Origin: an uncultured archaeon
GTDB taxonomy: Archaea; Aenigmatarchaeota; Aenigmatarchaeia; Aenigmatarchaeales; Aenigmatarchaeaceae
Reading direction: 5' to 3'
NCBI GenBank assembly: GCA_964608725.1
Contig: CAZSPB010000001.1
Location: 171,696 to 235,695, forward strand
Length of the DNA: 64,000 nt
Shown piece after piece: positions 63,252 through 64,000 of this stretch (positions within the stretch are counted from its first letter, which is position 1; every line of letters begins with the position of its first letter). The position numbers and the translations under genes are program-made. A model generated the notes under the pieces. The model was given only the letters and a program-made list of their open reading frames with translations, was not told the DNA's origin and made no database searches.

Positions 63252-64000
63252 TTACGAATAAGCTGGAGATTCTACAGATCCTGTAACTTCTATGTAAGAT
63301 CCAGCTTTCTGTGTGTCTGTTGCTCCTGGGAAGTCGTTCTGTACTATTCTGCATGCCAAGTCTGTGTCTTCTGCTCTTGTACCAGCTATTACTAATGCTG
63401 TCTTTCCTGTTGCAAACGCATCTGTTATCAATTGAATTCTACCAAAGTTCCTACCTGGCCAGTTAGCACAGGTGTATGGGAACTTTCCTGCTGTTGCTAA
63501 CTCTGCTACCAAGCTGTTTACACAAGGACCTCCTACTAATACGAGATCCTTTGTTGTTTTGTCTGTATCTGTAACTTCATTATCAAGCTTTATTACATCA
63601 GCTGTTATTGGCAAAACTGTTTCTGTTGTTACTGTTCCTGCAGTTCCACCTGTTGTTATAGTTGCTCCTGGTGCCAATACGTAAACATTAGCATAGCTGA
63701 ATGAATCTGGATATTTAATTGTTGCACTCATTGAAGTTGTATCATATTCGCTATAAGTTCCGTAAGTTGACATTCCTCTGTAAGTTGTTGTTCCTGATAC
63801 AACATCCCAGTTACTCTCTAAGTTGGTATCATCTGAGTGTGGTGTTGTAATTCCTGCTTTCACCAACGTTGAAGAGTAAGATACTGGGAAGTATATCCAG
63901 TGGTGAGTTGTCGATCCTTGCAATGCCTCTTCTACTAATACAAAACCTGGAGATGTTAGCATTCCTGTTCCAGAAGTTCCTAAACCAACGTTACAACTCC
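63252..64000 (-). CDS. Thr/Gly/Ser-rich surface (S-layer- or pilin-like) protein, N-terminus beyond window end
   Basis: The ORF continues without a stop to the window edge. About 42% GC versus about 28% for neighbours. Low-complexity T/G/S/A composition with 4 Cys. Confidence 0.45.
   Translation of the reverse strand, partial: SCNVGLGTSGTGMLTSPGFVLVEEALQGSTTHHWIYFPVSYSSTLVKAGITTPHSDDTNLESNWDVVSGTTTYRGMSTYGTYSEYDTTSMSATIKYPDSFSYANVYVLAPGATITTGGTAGTVTTETVLPITADVIKLDNEVTDTDKTTKDLVLVGGPCVNSLVAELATAGKFPYTCANWPGRNFGRIQLITDAFATGKTALVIAGTRAEDTDLACRIVQNDFPGATDTQKAGSYIEVTGSVESPAYS

Noticed and set aside
653-63684. Antisense or embedded short ORFs from the track (e.g. 653..859, 4573..4758, 5691..5915, 8590..8841, 9610..9837, 9990..10256, 10780..11097, 11682..11918, 13268..13471, 15072..15266, 17683..18081, 20638..20951, 26978..27244, 28132..28578, 28765..29118, 29326..29520, 29983..30210, 30341..30547, 33408..33632, 33728..34030, 35833..36015, 37702..37911, 39799..40101, 40581..40829, 43141..43359, 49580..49921, 50228..50590, 51229..51486, 53344..53538, 54403..54666, 54813..55265, 55556..55756, 55955..56140, 56354..56591, 58183..58392, 62200..62385, 63472..63684)
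   Set aside because: Each is wholly contained in or antisense to a longer, well-supported gene. The F/L/S/I-rich low-complexity translations are characteristic of non-coding frames in AT-rich DNA.
1-64000. CRISPR arrays, cas genes, IS elements/transposases, integrases, 16S or 5S rRNA
   Set aside because: No direct-repeat/spacer periodicity, no DDE/Tyr-recombinase-like ORFs and no 16S/5S signature sequences were seen. The only mobile element found is the rRNA intron-encoded homing endonuclease.

Overview
AT-rich (about 28-30% GC) archaeal chromosomal window with a GC-rich 23S rRNA, so the organism is likely a thermophile. The lineage is uncertain: ribosomal protein S26e, an unlinked intron-bearing 23S and DUF361-type pilins suggest a DPANN/TACK-like archaeon. 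Main contents, in order along the + strand:
1. Information-processing genes: GGPP synthase (partial), Trm1, an MGMT-like domain, a DUF655 protein, RpoF, ribosomal protein S26e, RtcB with archease, ArgRS.
2. A large type IV pilus-like locus (about 10.1-19.3 kb): six proteins with class III signal peptides (two of 622 and 406 aa), a FlaI/PilB-type ATPase, and a FlaJ/TadC-like platform protein split into two ORFs.
3. A tandem array of about five small paralogous ORFs (19.3-20.3 kb) of unknown function. A pair of divergent DUF523-like Cys proteins sits at 7942..8445 and 20351..20776; together they bracket argS, the pilus locus and the small-ORF array (7.9-20.8 kb).
4. Sec61 beta, then an RNase P RNA, then an unlinked 23S rRNA. 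The 23S carries two introns (one encodes a double-motif LAGLIDADG homing endonuclease) and is flanked by a 14-bp processing-stem inverted repeat.
5. A cluster for the archaeal AMP-salvage pathway through RuBisCO: archaeal phosphoglycerate mutase (ApgM), AMP phosphorylase, form-III-like RuBisCO and ribose-1,5-bisphosphate isomerase, with embedded Cys-rich and flavin-reductase genes.
6. pcm, an orphan DNA methyltransferase, FEN1.
7. Two tandem radical SAM proteins (one resembling tetraether lipid synthase Tes, with a rubredoxin-like N-terminus) followed by a PAP2-like phosphatase.
8. EF-1beta with its Zn-ribbon partner.
9. A gluconeogenesis and glycogen supercluster: cupin-type PGI, TIM, FBP aldolase/phosphatase, GH57, glycogen synthase-like GTs, a GH15-like hydrolase, an ADP-dependent sugar kinase, GAPN, PGM/PMM and a GalT-like enzyme.
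10. tRNA-Arg(GCG).
11. Lipid head-group genes (CarS, MIPS, archaetidylinositol-phosphate synthase-like), Pth2, a processive GT2 synthase, and a Thr/Gly-rich surface protein of higher GC that runs off the window end.
No CRISPR array, 16S rRNA or 5S rRNA was found.
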